DNA of 64,000 bases, taken from an uncultured Chlamydiae bacterium. Its GTDB lineage: Bacteria; Chlamydiota; Chlamydiia; Chlamydiales; JAJFMA01. The stretch spans positions 352,001 to 416,000 of the forward strand of contig CAVQMM010000001.1 in NCBI GenBank assembly GCA_963713615.1, written 5' to 3'. Every line of letters begins with the position of its first letter. Within the stretch, counting starts at the first letter, position 1. The notes under the pieces are model-generated. The model made no database searches. It saw nothing but the letters and a program-made list of their open reading frames with translations, and was not told where the DNA came from. Both the position numbers and the translations under genes were made by a program. Shown here in pieces: positions 1 to 9,975 of the stretch.

Positions 1-27
1 AATAGCGACAATCCTTCTGGACACACC

Positions 28-966
28 ATGATGCAAGCAACACTAGGGATAGCCAACGGCTTGGCAGGTCAGGCCGCGTCGGAAAGTGGTTGGAAGAAGA
101 TGTCTCTCTTAATTAATGTGGCAGCTCTTGGGATTGGGATTGCTAATGTCGTCTTTTTGGGGAATACATCCTATGCTTGTCACACAGTTCTTGAGGTTGT
201 AGAAGGTATAGAGTGGGCAGCAACTTTAGTCGCTGTTTCCTATGTTGCTGTTAAAATCATCGGGATGATGATGCCCCGCGCCGACGCAGCAAAAGTTGCC
301 ATAGACCAGGCTTTGGCTAGATATGACACCATGATAAAACAGTTTAAAAGCAATCACCAAGATAATTTACCTATTGAAATGACACGGGAAGGGCTGGGGC
401 GTGTTAAACCGGAGAATCGTGAGTACCATGATTTCCATGAGGTTTATGGCAGCCAGGTTGTAGCAGCATCAGACCTGTCAGGTTACCACCGAATTCTTCC
501 TAACTTGTTTTTAGGAAACGGCCAGTCGCCCGACTTCGTGGGTCAAATGAAAGTCAAAAACGTGCTTAGCTTGATAAAATCGGGAGGAGCATTTAACGTC
601 CCAGCGGGGATTAATCATATCATTACGGAAGTTCACGATTGTGCTAGTCGAGAAAATTATTTAAAGCTAGATGAGCTTGCTGACACCATCAAGCAGGGTG
701 TTGACAACGGAGGAATTCTGGTTCACTGCTCCATGGGTGCATCGAGAAGTGCTACTGCTGTTCTCGCTTATCTAATTAAGTACCACAATCTTGATCTAGA
801 ACAAGCACTTGCTGTTGCGAGGGATACACGGACACTTGTTCAGCCCAATGCAGGGTTTATCATGTCACTAAGCGTGTTTGAGTTGGCAAAGAGTAATAAC
901 CTCCCCCAAAATGAGGCTGTGGACATATTCGATTCAGCGTTGGAAGATCAGTTTCCGCAGAACTAA
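28..966 (+). CDS. Dual-specificity protein phosphatase with N-terminal hydrophobic segments (candidate effector); may extend upstream of the window
   Basis: P-loop HCSMGASRS (HCxxGxxRS), AYLI and QPNAGF motifs. Two hydrophobic helices at the N-terminus. The frame is open from base 1. Confidence 0.88.
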   Translation: MMQATLGIANGLAGQAASESGWKKMSLLINVAALGIGIANVVFLGNTSYACHTVLEVVEGIEWAATLVAVSYVAVKIIGMMMPRADAAKVAIDQALARYDTMIKQFKSNHQDNLPIEMTREGLGRVKPENREYHDFHEVYGSQVVAASDLSGYHRILPNLFLGNGQSPDFVGQMKVKNVLSLIKSGGAFNVPAGINHIITEVHDCASRENYLKLDELADTIKQGVDNGGILVHCSMGASRSATAVLAYLIKYHNLDLEQALAVARDTRTLVQPNAGFIMSLSVFELAKSNNLPQNEAVDIFDSALEDQFPQN

Positions 967-996
967 CTGACGCTTGTCACAACTAACAAGTGATGG

Positions 997-1028
997 AAAA
1001 AAAGCCCCGCCTAAAGCGGGGCTTTTTT
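997..1028. terminator. Intrinsic terminator, probably bidirectional
   Basis: A7-GCCCCGC-ctaaa-GCGGGGC-T6 just after the phosphatase stop. Confidence 0.9.
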
Positions 1029-1266
1029 GTTGCCATGGGTTGCAAGAAGGTTTCTCTCATGATTTAATGACCCCTTGACCTTTCCTATACTCCGTCTTGA
1101 CATGTATGCTTTAACATAGTGCGTAGAAACAATGACTTTTGGAGTAGTCAGACTTTGTCTTCGGCGCCCCTCATATTCAATCATAAGTTTGAATAAATTG
1201 TTTACTTTTGATATTCGGCATACAGCCTCTTAGAGATAATAAATAAAAAAATCGAGGATTAAGTTT

Positions 1267-1938
1267 ATGAACATATCGTGTGCAGCTTCCTATGGGGATG
1301 CATTTATCGACAATTGCTTGGGAACATCAAAATATAAAGATGCCAAGTCGGTTATAAAGGCATATCAAAACGGTCAGATAGATACTGGTACGGAAAGGCG
1401 GTTGCAGGTTGGCCATATGGCTCAGGCGGGATTGTGTATTCCCAGACTAGCCTTAGAGGTATCTATTGGGGGGATATCAGCCATAGCAACGGCCATATTG
1501 TTGCCTTGGTATGGAGGGGCTGCTGTTGGGATGATAGCCAATGAGCTTGAGCTACGCGCTATGGCCATCGTGGCTGTTGGTGGTACGCTAGCGCTTTATG
1601 GATTTGTGACTTTTGTTGTGATAAGTTCATTAAGCATATCCGCCCCCGCATTAGTAGCTGGAGGCATATGTGCGACAGTGGCTATGGGCATCCTTCAACA
1701 ATTTATGGGCCATGAGCACTTATCCGCTGGACGCGATTTCACAAGGCATATTCGGTGGGCTGTAAATCCTTGCAAAGCGGCGCATGCAGAGATTCAAGAA
1801 CAGCGACAACGCTGTCTGGACTATGTTGCAATAGCAGCAAAGGTTAGTGTCATGGTTGTAGCGGTTATGGTAACTGTTAGTCTGCGTTATGCTCCCTACC
1901 AAGTTGGTCAGTTAATTGGATCACTTTTTTCTAGGTAG
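1267..1938 (+). CDS. Hypothetical multi-pass membrane protein (paralog 1)
   Basis: 223-aa ORF with GAGG RBS and a long hydrophobic core. Aligns with the next ORF (YGD..D.CL, AG.C.PRLALEV, LVAGGIC, RDF..H..WA). Confidence 0.8.
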   Translation: MNISCAASYGDAFIDNCLGTSKYKDAKSVIKAYQNGQIDTGTERRLQVGHMAQAGLCIPRLALEVSIGGISAIATAILLPWYGGAAVGMIANELELRAMAIVAVGGTLALYGFVTFVVISSLSISAPALVAGGICATVAMGILQQFMGHEHLSAGRDFTRHIRWAVNPCKAAHAEIQEQRQRCLDYVAIAAKVSVMVVAVMVTVSLRYAPYQVGQLIGSLFSR

Positions 1939-1985
1939 GGCTTTGAGGGGCTGTGGCGTGCGCATCTTAAAAAAAGGAGGGGTCT

Positions 1986-2669
1986 ATGAACGTAGGAACT
2001 ATGATTCCTTACGGGGACGTTTTATTCGACAAATGCCTGGCGACGCCAGAGTATGAAGAAGCTAAAGCTGTCGTACAAGCCTATGAAAACCGTCAGATAG
2101 ATGCTAGTTCGGAAAGGTGGATGCAGGCGCGGCACGTTGCTGACGCGGGATTTTGCGTGCCCAGGTTAGCCTTAGAAGTGCTCATTGATGGCATTTCAAG
2201 TATAGCAATCGCTATGTTGATTCCTATGGCTGGAGTTGTTGCTGTCGTGGCTGTAGCGGAGTGCCTAGGGTTGTCCATTGTGGCTACAGTGGTCGCTAGC
2301 GGAGCCTTCTCGATTTATGGATTTGTGACGCGCCTTGTCGTGAATTCATTGACTACTTCGGGACCCACATTAGTAGCTGGAGGCATCTGCGTTGCAGTGG
2401 CCATTGGGGTTCTTCGTCAGCTTATAGGCTACGGAAATCTCGGGGCAGCGCGGGATTTCAGGAGCCATCTCAAGTGGGCTGCGGACCCTCTTAGGGCTGC
2501 GCGCGCAGACCTTGAGGAGCAGAGACAACGTTGCTGGAATCGCTTTACCACCGGAGTGACGATTGGTGTTGGGGTGGCAGCGCTGGCGGTATTAGCGAGT
2601 TTTCGTTTTGGACATAATGTGTATCATAATGCCATTCGGTTGCATGGCTTTTTTGGTCAGGGCTTCTGA
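1986..2669 (+). CDS. Hypothetical multi-pass membrane protein (paralog 2)
   Basis: AGGAGG RBS; tandem paralog of 1267..1938. Confidence 0.82.
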   Translation: MNVGTMIPYGDVLFDKCLATPEYEEAKAVVQAYENRQIDASSERWMQARHVADAGFCVPRLALEVLIDGISSIAIAMLIPMAGVVAVVAVAECLGLSIVATVVASGAFSIYGFVTRLVVNSLTTSGPTLVAGGICVAVAIGVLRQLIGYGNLGAARDFRSHLKWAADPLRAARADLEEQRQRCWNRFTTGVTIGVGVAALAVLASFRFGHNVYHNAIRLHGFFGQGF

Positions 2670-2834
2670 GGGGCGGCAGTTCGTGGGGCTTTTTTAACGC
2701 GAAGGCGCAAAGAAGAGCTCACGTTTGTTTTTCAACGAGTTTTGAGTGAAAACTTCGCTCTTGTTTAAAAAAAAGAAAGAACGTAGAAATGTATTTGTAA
2801 ACGACTAAATTGCGTAGACACAAACGTGAGCTCT

Positions 2835-3059
2835 TCACAATCGTCACTCGGCGCGAAGCGCTTTGGAGTGCGGTCGCTCGCGACCGCTTTGGATTTGGGT
2901 GAATGTGCTGTGTCACACAGTTTCCCGTTAAATCGTCAAGCCTTCTAGATACCCTTAAAGAGGAAAAGTAAAGATTCGTAAGGTACCTAGTTCGCCCAAA
3001 TCCAAAGCGGTCGCGAGCGACCGCACTCCAAAGCGCTTCGCGCCGAGTGGCGATTGTGA
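2835..3059. repeat. REP-doublet/MITE-like inverted repeat with ~69-bp arms
   Basis: 2835-2903 is a near-perfect reverse complement of 2991-3059. Each arm contains the internal palindrome GCGGTCGC-TC-GCGACCGC. Confidence 0.88.
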
Positions 3060-3112
3060 CTCCAAAGCGCCTCCAATTCTTCCGAAGAACCTAAAAAAGT
3101 TATACGAACCTT

Positions 3113-3952
3113 ATGACTAAAGAGTGGGATATTTTATCGACGTCACAGGTGAAATACCATGATTTTGCCTACCCGCTAGTCAGCATCATCATTCCGACTT
3201 ATAACCAAAGTCAGTCGCTGCCGACCACTCTGCAAAGCATTTTGGAGCAGGACTACCCTTCTTATGAGATTATCGTCGTAGATGCTGCATCGACAGATCG
3301 CACGTTGGAGGTCGTTAAGAGTTATCGATCTAAACGCGTGCGCATCCTATCCGTCAGTGACTACAGCCGTTATGAGATGCTTAATAAAGGCATTTCGCAT
3401 GCTAAGGGCGAATATATTAATATGTTATTTCCGGGCGATTTCTATATTCATTATCAGGCTATTAGGCAGATGATAGACCTCGCCTTGGATCATGCTAACC
3501 CACATCTGGTCTATTGCGGATGTGTTCTACACGAGGCAAACACACAAATTAAGGCCTTGAATCGCCCGCTGACTCTTGAGCTGCTAAAGAGTGGACGCCA
3601 GCCCACCAGCCTTCAGTCGTGCTGGATACGTTCAGATACTTTTCGTCTTATCGGTAAATTCCCAACGGAATACACGATGCGAGGTGGTTTTGACTTCTTC
3701 TGTCGGTTTTGTTTGGCGGACATGCGTTTTGTTTCTACAACTCGGGTGCTTACGGATTATGATCTTCGGGGGACGGACCGACAGTCGCTGTTTAGACATT
3801 TTTGGGAGACCGGTAGCTCGTTATACCGGCGTTTCGGGTGGGCGGTTGTGCTGCGATGGCTGTTTTTTAGGCAGCGCGATGTAAGCCATTACGCGCAACA
3901 TTGGTTGCGTCGTTTGCGCACAGCTTTTCTTGGGCATAGTCTAAAATCCTAA
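3113..3952 (+). CDS. Glycosyltransferase family 2
   Basis: VSIIIPTYN...EIIVVDAASTDRT GT-A N-terminal motifs. Confidence 0.9.
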   Translation: MTKEWDILSTSQVKYHDFAYPLVSIIIPTYNQSQSLPTTLQSILEQDYPSYEIIVVDAASTDRTLEVVKSYRSKRVRILSVSDYSRYEMLNKGISHAKGEYINMLFPGDFYIHYQAIRQMIDLALDHANPHLVYCGCVLHEANTQIKALNRPLTLELLKSGRQPTSLQSCWIRSDTFRLIGKFPTEYTMRGGFDFFCRFCLADMRFVSTTRVLTDYDLRGTDRQSLFRHFWETGSSLYRRFGWAVVLRWLFFRQRDVSHYAQHWLRRLRTAFLGHSLKS

Positions 3953-3998
3953 AAGCTTATATAGGTGGAGGAAGCCTTTGCATAGGGGATTCTCCAGA

Positions 3999-5768
3999 AT
4001 GAAGCAGTTTTTAACTTTTGCCGATGTCCTTAACCATATCGGAAGCACTTATTCTAATCCGAAAGCCTTCAATTTGCAGGATGGCAAAGGCGAATGGGTC
4101 TCTGAGTCTTCACAAAGTTTTGTGCAAAAAGTGAAGTTTTTGGCGCTAGGCTTAGTGAAACGAGGGCTAGTACATCCTGGAGAAAAAGTCGGTTTGATGG
4201 GCAGACCCTGCCCAAATTGGACGATTGCCGACTTTGCCATTGCGATAGCAGGTGGGATTACGGTACCTCTATTCGGAAATATTTCTCCTGAAAATCTCAT
4301 TTTTGAAGTCGAGCAGACCGAGGTAAAGACCCTTTTTGTCGAAGGCGAGGCAGAGTGGATAAAGTATGGTCAACACCGCGACCTCTTTCAGACCGTGGTC
4401 GCCTTAGAGGAGCGCTGTCCTGACGATACCGCCATCCATCTCGCTGATTTACTAGCTGAGGGTGAGCTTTTTGATAAGGAGCAACCACACTATTATGAAA
4501 CCTTAATGCAGGCAGTCAAGCCTGACAATGTTTCATCGATTATTTATAGCAGTGGAAGCACAGGCAGACCCAAGGGAGTTGAACTCACGCAGAGACAGTT
4601 GGTCGAGTTGATCCACCTGGATCCGTTTGGATGGGACGCTGAAAGTGACCGTTACCTAAGTTTTCTTCCACTAGCGCACATTTTTGCGCGGTGTTTGAAC
4701 TACATTATGGTAGCGCATGGTGTGAGTATTTACTACCTGGAGGATCCAAAGACGCTATTGCAGGCGACACATCATGTGCGTCCGACGATTTTGGTCTTGG
4801 TGCCACGTTTATTAGAAAAGATGCGTGTCAGACTGATTAACCGCATTCACGATTCTGGTTATATGCTGAGCAGGATAGGAGGCTGGGCCCTGCGCTTAGC
4901 GGATCGTGAGGAGGATAGCACGTGGATACGCTTTCAACGCTGGCTAGCGGACTCCCTTGTCTATAACGCGTTTCGTAAGGCCTTTGGCGGTGAGGTGCGG
5001 TTGATCATTTCGGGAGGCGCCAAGTTAAACCCTCATCTAGAAACATTTTTTGTGAACATGGGCTTTCCCATCTATGAGGGCTGGGGAATGACCGAAGGGT
5101 GCCCATTCTCCGTTAACAGAGAAGGCGCTCGCAAGATCGGGAGTGTAGGCCTTCCCTTGACAGGAGTAGAAATTCGCGTCAGTGACGAAGGTGAGTTGAT
5201 CGTGCGTGGTCCTAACGTCATGCGAGGCTATTTCAAAGATCCAGAAGAGACTGCCAGAGCCTTGGACGCCGACGGATGGTTTCATACTGGTGATAAGGGC
5301 TCCATCGACCAAGATGGCTTTGTAACCATTGTAGGACGCGTCAAAGAGATGTACAAGACATCGACCGGAGAGTGGGTGGTGCCGTTGCCTATTGAACAGA
5401 CCTTGGAGAGGCTCCCTTGGGTTGATCACGCCTTGGTGATTGCCGAGGGCCGTCCCTTCTGCACTTGTATCCTTTTTCCGGACTTTGATGCCCTCTACCA
5501 CCTCAAAGCTAGCTACGGCATGACTAATTATAGCGATGCTGAATTTTTAAAGTCTCCACAGGTTCGCGATGCCGTTCTAGCGCATATTAAAGAAATGAAT
5601 CGACATCTGAACCACTGGGAAGAAGTTCGCGACTACCGCTTTGTACAGACAATTCTGACTGTTGAGAGTGGTGAGCTTACACCGACATTAAAGGTGCGTC
5701 GTGATGTAGTGGCTGACAAATATCATGTCCTTATTGACTCAATGTATCAGCGGGAGGTTAAGCCATGA
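3999..5768 (+). CDS. fadD: Long-chain fatty acid-CoA ligase
   Basis: YSSGSTGRPKG AMP-binding motif, GWGMTE, GWFHTGD, ELTPTLK; ATG at 3999 chosen as start. Confidence 0.92.
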   Translation: MKQFLTFADVLNHIGSTYSNPKAFNLQDGKGEWVSESSQSFVQKVKFLALGLVKRGLVHPGEKVGLMGRPCPNWTIADFAIAIAGGITVPLFGNISPENLIFEVEQTEVKTLFVEGEAEWIKYGQHRDLFQTVVALEERCPDDTAIHLADLLAEGELFDKEQPHYYETLMQAVKPDNVSSIIYSSGSTGRPKGVELTQRQLVELIHLDPFGWDAESDRYLSFLPLAHIFARCLNYIMVAHGVSIYYLEDPKTLLQATHHVRPTILVLVPRLLEKMRVRLINRIHDSGYMLSRIGGWALRLADREEDSTWIRFQRWLADSLVYNAFRKAFGGEVRLIISGGAKLNPHLETFFVNMGFPIYEGWGMTEGCPFSVNREGARKIGSVGLPLTGVEIRVSDEGELIVRGPNVMRGYFKDPEETARALDADGWFHTGDKGSIDQDGFVTIVGRVKEMYKTSTGEWVVPLPIEQTLERLPWVDHALVIAEGRPFCTCILFPDFDALYHLKASYGMTNYSDAEFLKSPQVRDAVLAHIKEMNRHLNHWEEVRDYRFVQTILTVESGELTPTLKVRRDVVADKYHVLIDSMYQREVKP

Positions 5769-7045
5769 GCGACCGTGTGGCTGTTATTGCAGGGATCCGA
5801 ACGCCCTTTTGCCGCTCGGGAGGGGTTTTTGCTGAACTGGAAGCTGATGATTTGGGGGCCTTTGCTGTCAGGGAGGCAGTGGCTCTCGCGGGAATACGCC
5901 CTGACGAAGTTGATGAAGTGATCATTGGTAATGTGATCACTCCACCCCAGGCCGCTAACCCCGCGCGTATTATCGCTATCAAAGGCGGTTTACCGATTAC
6001 AACCCCTGCGGTGACAGTCAGCCGCAACTGCGCTTCGGGTTTGGAGTCGATAGCTATTGCATGCGATAGAATCCGCTTGGGAGAAGCCAAGATTATGGTT
6101 GCCGGTGGCACGGAGTCCATGAGCCACTTTCCATTGATGTTCCCAGAGAGCATGCGCCGCTATATGATGAGTTTGAAAAAAGCGAAGAATTGGTGGTCTA
6201 AGCTTCGAGCAATCCTGCGTCTACGCCCCTCGCTTTTTTATCCAGAGATGCCTGGATTGACGGACCCACTATGTGGATTGAGCATGGGTCAGACCGCCGA
6301 GGTGTTAGTACGCGAGTTTGCTGTCTCACGCGAAGAACAAGATCGCTTTGCATTGGCTAGTCAGCAACGGGCAGCACGGGCTAAGGCGGCAGGGCGCTTA
6401 GCTGAGGAAATCGTTCGGATACCTATTCCTCCACGCTATCGAACTTTGCAGGCTGATGACGATGGCATTCGCGACACGCAAACCATGCAGGGGTTGGAGG
6501 CGTTACGGCCCGCGTTTGACCGCTTGGCGGGGACAGTCACGGCCGGGAATACCAGTCAAATTACCGACGGAGCTGCAGCACTCGTATTGATGAGCGAGGC
6601 GGAAGCTAAGCGTCGAAGTTTGACTCCACTGGGGTATATAAGAGGGTATGCAGCGGCAGGCTTGGCGCCAGCGCGAATGGGCCTTGGACCTGTCTTTGCT
6701 ACCGCCAAACTGCTCGATGCTAATGGTTGGGCTCTCAAAGATTTTGACTTGATAGAGATTAACGAAGCCTTTGCTGTTCAGGTGCTCTCAGTGGTCAAGG
6801 CAATGGACTCAGCAGCTTTTGCTGAACGAGAGCTTGGACGAGCTACGGCGGTAGGGACCATCGATTTTGAGCGTCTAAATGTTAATGGAGGCGCGATCGC
6901 TTTGGGACATCCCTTAGGGGCCTCTGGAACACGTATGGTGTTGACTTTACTGAAGGAATTACATCGACGCCATGCAAGTCTAGGGTTAGCTACCCTTTGT
7001 ATTGGTGGCGGTCAGGGACAAGCTATGGCTGTGGAGGTTGTATGA
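5765..7045 (+). CDS. fadI: 3-ketoacyl-CoA thiolase (FadI/FadA type)
   Basis: NCASG, NEAFA, GHPLGASG and CIGGGQG thiolase motifs; ATGA overlap with fadD. Confidence 0.92.
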   Translation: MSDRVAVIAGIRTPFCRSGGVFAELEADDLGAFAVREAVALAGIRPDEVDEVIIGNVITPPQAANPARIIAIKGGLPITTPAVTVSRNCASGLESIAIACDRIRLGEAKIMVAGGTESMSHFPLMFPESMRRYMMSLKKAKNWWSKLRAILRLRPSLFYPEMPGLTDPLCGLSMGQTAEVLVREFAVSREEQDRFALASQQRAARAKAAGRLAEEIVRIPIPPRYRTLQADDDGIRDTQTMQGLEALRPAFDRLAGTVTAGNTSQITDGAAALVLMSEAEAKRRSLTPLGYIRGYAAAGLAPARMGLGPVFATAKLLDANGWALKDFDLIEINEAFAVQVLSVVKAMDSAAFAERELGRATAVGTIDFERLNVNGGAIALGHPLGASGTRMVLTLLKELHRRHASLGLATLCIGGGQGQAMAVEVV

Positions 7046-9195
7046 AGACAGAAAATCTGACCGTTGATGTCGATGCCGAAGGAATCGCTTTTGTCACCTT
7101 GGATGTCGCTGGAGAATCCCTCAATACTCTTGGAGTAGCTGTTCTCAAAGACATCGACAAGGTGATTAGTGATCTGCAAGCGAGTCCGGATGTCAAGGCG
7201 ATGATCTTTGCCAGCGGCAAAGAGGGCAGCTTTGTTGCCGGTGCTGATTTGAGGGAAATTTCCAGGGTATTTTCAACACCTTCGCTGGCCGATACGATCA
7301 TTAATCAGGGGCATAGCCTTTTGAACCGTATTGCAGCCCTGCCTTTCCCTACTGTAGCTGTCATTAATGGGATCTGCGTAGGTGGTGGCACCGAGCTGGC
7401 GTTAGCGTTCAGCTATCGCCTGTGTACAGACTATGCCAAGACAGCCATAGGCCTTCCGGAAGTCACCTTGGGGATAATGCCAGGATGGGGCGGAACACAG
7501 CGATGTCCAAGGCTGATAGGCCTACAACCAGCCCTAAATATGATTTTGTCAGGCAAAACGCTAAGTCCTAAAGAGGCTTTACGTACACATCTCGTAGATG
7601 CTGTAGTGCCCTGGCCTTTTGCAAATCAGGAAGCTATTGGCTTTGTCCACGAGATCCTCAACAACTCTGGCGCTAAGAAAGTTGCTCAGAAACGTCAGAA
7701 GCGTGGATTTATGGCTTGGCTGCTGGAGAAAAATCCTGTCGGCCGTGCTTTCTTGTTCTGGCAGACCGAGAAGCAGGTGCGAAAGCGCACAAAGGGCCAC
7801 TATCCAGCGCCATTAATCGCATTGCATACCATCAAAGAGACCTATGAATTACCCTTGGATCAGGGCCTCAAAAGGGAAAAAGAAGTTTTTCTAGAGAGTG
7901 TTTCTGGGCCATTTATGATTGCGCCAAATCTGGTAGGAATCTTTTTTGCACAAGAAATGGCAAAAAAAGACAAAGGCGTTGAAGCCCCTGTAGAAACCAA
8001 GACGATCAAAAACGTTGGCGTATTGGGCGCAGGGACCATGGGTAGTAGCATCTCTTGGTTGTTTAGCTACTATGACTACCCCGTGCGCTTCCGTGACATA
8101 GATTGGGACCGCGTAGCTGTTGGTTATGGGGCTATTCATGACCTCTACGATACCTATGTTCGCAAACTTCGCAAGCTACGCAAAGAGCAAGCTAACCTAA
8201 AGTTTCACCGCGTTAGCGGCACCATAGACTATAGTGGGTTTCGCAATGTCGATATTGTCATCGAAGCTGCTGTGGAAGACATCGAATTAAAAAAGCGCAT
8301 GCTGGCTGAGTTGGAGAGTCATATTTCCCAAGATGCCATCATAGCTACTAACACCTCGTCGCTATCGGTCACGGATTTAGCTAAGGCCTTGCGTCACCCA
8401 GAGCGCTTCATAGGTATGCACTTTTTCAACCCCGTATCGCGTATGCCGTTGGTGGAGATTGTCCCAGGAACTCAGACATCGCCGGAGACAGTAGCCACAG
8501 CAGTGGCTCTGTGTAAAAAAGTTGGTAAAGTTCCCTTGGTGGTGAAGGATTGCGCTGGCTTCTTGGTGAACCGTATCTTGGTGATGGGTTTGTCAGAGAC
8601 GGCTCGCATGCTTGAAGAAGGCGTCGATATGGAACGGATCGCCAAGCTCCAGTTAGACTTTGGTATGCCCATGGACCCTTTCTTATTGGCTGATGAAATC
8701 GGTAATGACGTCACTTACAAGGTCGGAGGCATCTTCGAAGCAGCCTACGGCGCTCGCATGAAAGGGCCTGCTCTTGCCAAGCTGATGTATGATGAGCATC
8801 TTTATGGTAAGAAAGTCGGTAAAGGGTTCTATGTTTATCATGGCGAAAAGCATACGTCTAATAAGACTGTTCAGAAGCTCATCAAAAAGCTAAGTATTCC
8901 AAAAACCGAGATCACAGACCAGAGTATTAACGATCGTATTCTTTTGCCGATGATTAATGAAGCCGCACGCTGCCTGGAAGAGGGGGTAGTATCTAAACCT
9001 GCCTATGTTGATCTAGGACTCGTTTTGGGGGCAGGGTTCCCTCCCTTCCGAGGCGGGATTTTGCATTATGCTGACAGCATTGGGGTGGATACTGTTGTTA
9101 ATGGGCTCCAAGAGCTGACAGGCCGTTATGGCGATCGGTTTGCGCCTTGTGACACCTTGCTGGAGATGCAGCGTCAGGGCAGCAAGTTCTACTAG
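7042..9195 (+). CDS. fadJ: Fatty acid oxidation complex alpha subunit (enoyl-CoA hydratase / 3-hydroxyacyl-CoA dehydrogenase)
   Basis: GADL and GLPEVTLG crotonase motifs; GAGTMG, NTSSL, HFFNP, GFPPFRGG; ATGA overlap with the thiolase. Confidence 0.93.
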   Translation: MKTENLTVDVDAEGIAFVTLDVAGESLNTLGVAVLKDIDKVISDLQASPDVKAMIFASGKEGSFVAGADLREISRVFSTPSLADTIINQGHSLLNRIAALPFPTVAVINGICVGGGTELALAFSYRLCTDYAKTAIGLPEVTLGIMPGWGGTQRCPRLIGLQPALNMILSGKTLSPKEALRTHLVDAVVPWPFANQEAIGFVHEILNNSGAKKVAQKRQKRGFMAWLLEKNPVGRAFLFWQTEKQVRKRTKGHYPAPLIALHTIKETYELPLDQGLKREKEVFLESVSGPFMIAPNLVGIFFAQEMAKKDKGVEAPVETKTIKNVGVLGAGTMGSSISWLFSYYDYPVRFRDIDWDRVAVGYGAIHDLYDTYVRKLRKLRKEQANLKFHRVSGTIDYSGFRNVDIVIEAAVEDIELKKRMLAELESHISQDAIIATNTSSLSVTDLAKALRHPERFIGMHFFNPVSRMPLVEIVPGTQTSPETVATAVALCKKVGKVPLVVKDCAGFLVNRILVMGLSETARMLEEGVDMERIAKLQLDFGMPMDPFLLADEIGNDVTYKVGGIFEAAYGARMKGPALAKLMYDEHLYGKKVGKGFYVYHGEKHTSNKTVQKLIKKLSIPKTEITDQSINDRILLPMINEAARCLEEGVVSKPAYVDLGLVLGAGFPPFRGGILHYADSIGVDTVVNGLQELTGRYGDRFAPCDTLLEMQRQGSKFY

Positions 9196-9231
9196 CAACG
9201 GTTCGTGTCGTAACACGTCGTGGGGCTTTTT

Positions 9232-9420
9232 TAGGATTTCCACCACAGAGAACACAGAGACGCGGAGATAGAAGAGAGAGGAGGAGGAAAGAAGGAAAGG
9301 AAAAATTGAATGGTTTTTTTGTTTTAATTTATTGTTTTTGTTTTAATAAATGCTGAAACAAAAAAAATACTTAATTTTTCCTTTCTTTCCTCCTCCTCTC
9401 CCCTCTTTCTCCCAGCCTCT
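9232..9420. repeat. Purine/pyrimidine-skewed palindromic element (family P, degenerate copy)
   Basis: Arm CCACAGAGAACACAGAGACGCGGAGATAG...GAGGAGGAGGAAAGAAGG with a complementary pyrimidine arm around an AT-rich centre; related to the copies at 11041 and 24188. Confidence 0.7.
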
Positions 9421-9871
9421 ACCCCTCAGAGAGCGGTGCCTGGTGGCTCTTGCGGTTGCGTATGATGAGCGTCAAGCGATTTGCAGAGATGGGGTGCCCA
9501 TGGTTATCTACGATATCGATATCCCAAATATGGATGGTACTTCCTAGCTGCCTTGGCTTTGCGGTGCCTATAACAAAACCTGTTTTTACGGGCCTGATAT
9601 GATGCGTTTCGAGTGATAATCCCAGACAAAATTGAGCCGATACATCTAAGCAAAGCAATCCGGCTGTGCTTCCCACGGTTTCTGCCAAGACGCATGATGC
9701 GCCCCCATGCATGATGCCATAAGGCTGATGCGTGCGGTTATCGACGGGCATGGTGGCACTGAGAAAGTCGTCCCCAAGTTCGGTGAAGACGATGCCTAGG
9801 TGCTCCATCATGGTGTTTTGGCTTTTTTTGTTGAGGGTTTCTAAGTCGGTAGGGTGCTTCCAAATCGTCAT
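9419..9871 (-). CDS. Hotdog-fold thioesterase (MenI/PaaI-like)
   Basis: QPYGIMHGGASCVLAET motif; start at MTIWK after GAGGAAG. Confidence 0.9.
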   Translation of the reverse strand: MTIWKHPTDLETLNKKSQNTMMEHLGIVFTELGDDFLSATMPVDNRTHQPYGIMHGGASCVLAETVGSTAGLLCLDVSAQFCLGLSLETHHIRPVKTGFVIGTAKPRQLGSTIHIWDIDIVDNHGHPISANRLTLIIRNRKSHQAPLSEG

Positions 9872-9975
9872 CGGCTCTTCCTCACGTATTATTTCTTGCA
9901 TTATGACCGGCTATGTTATTGTTGGAAAGCGGAAGCAAATCCTGTATACTCTTCGGTATATCCAAAGGTTTTACA

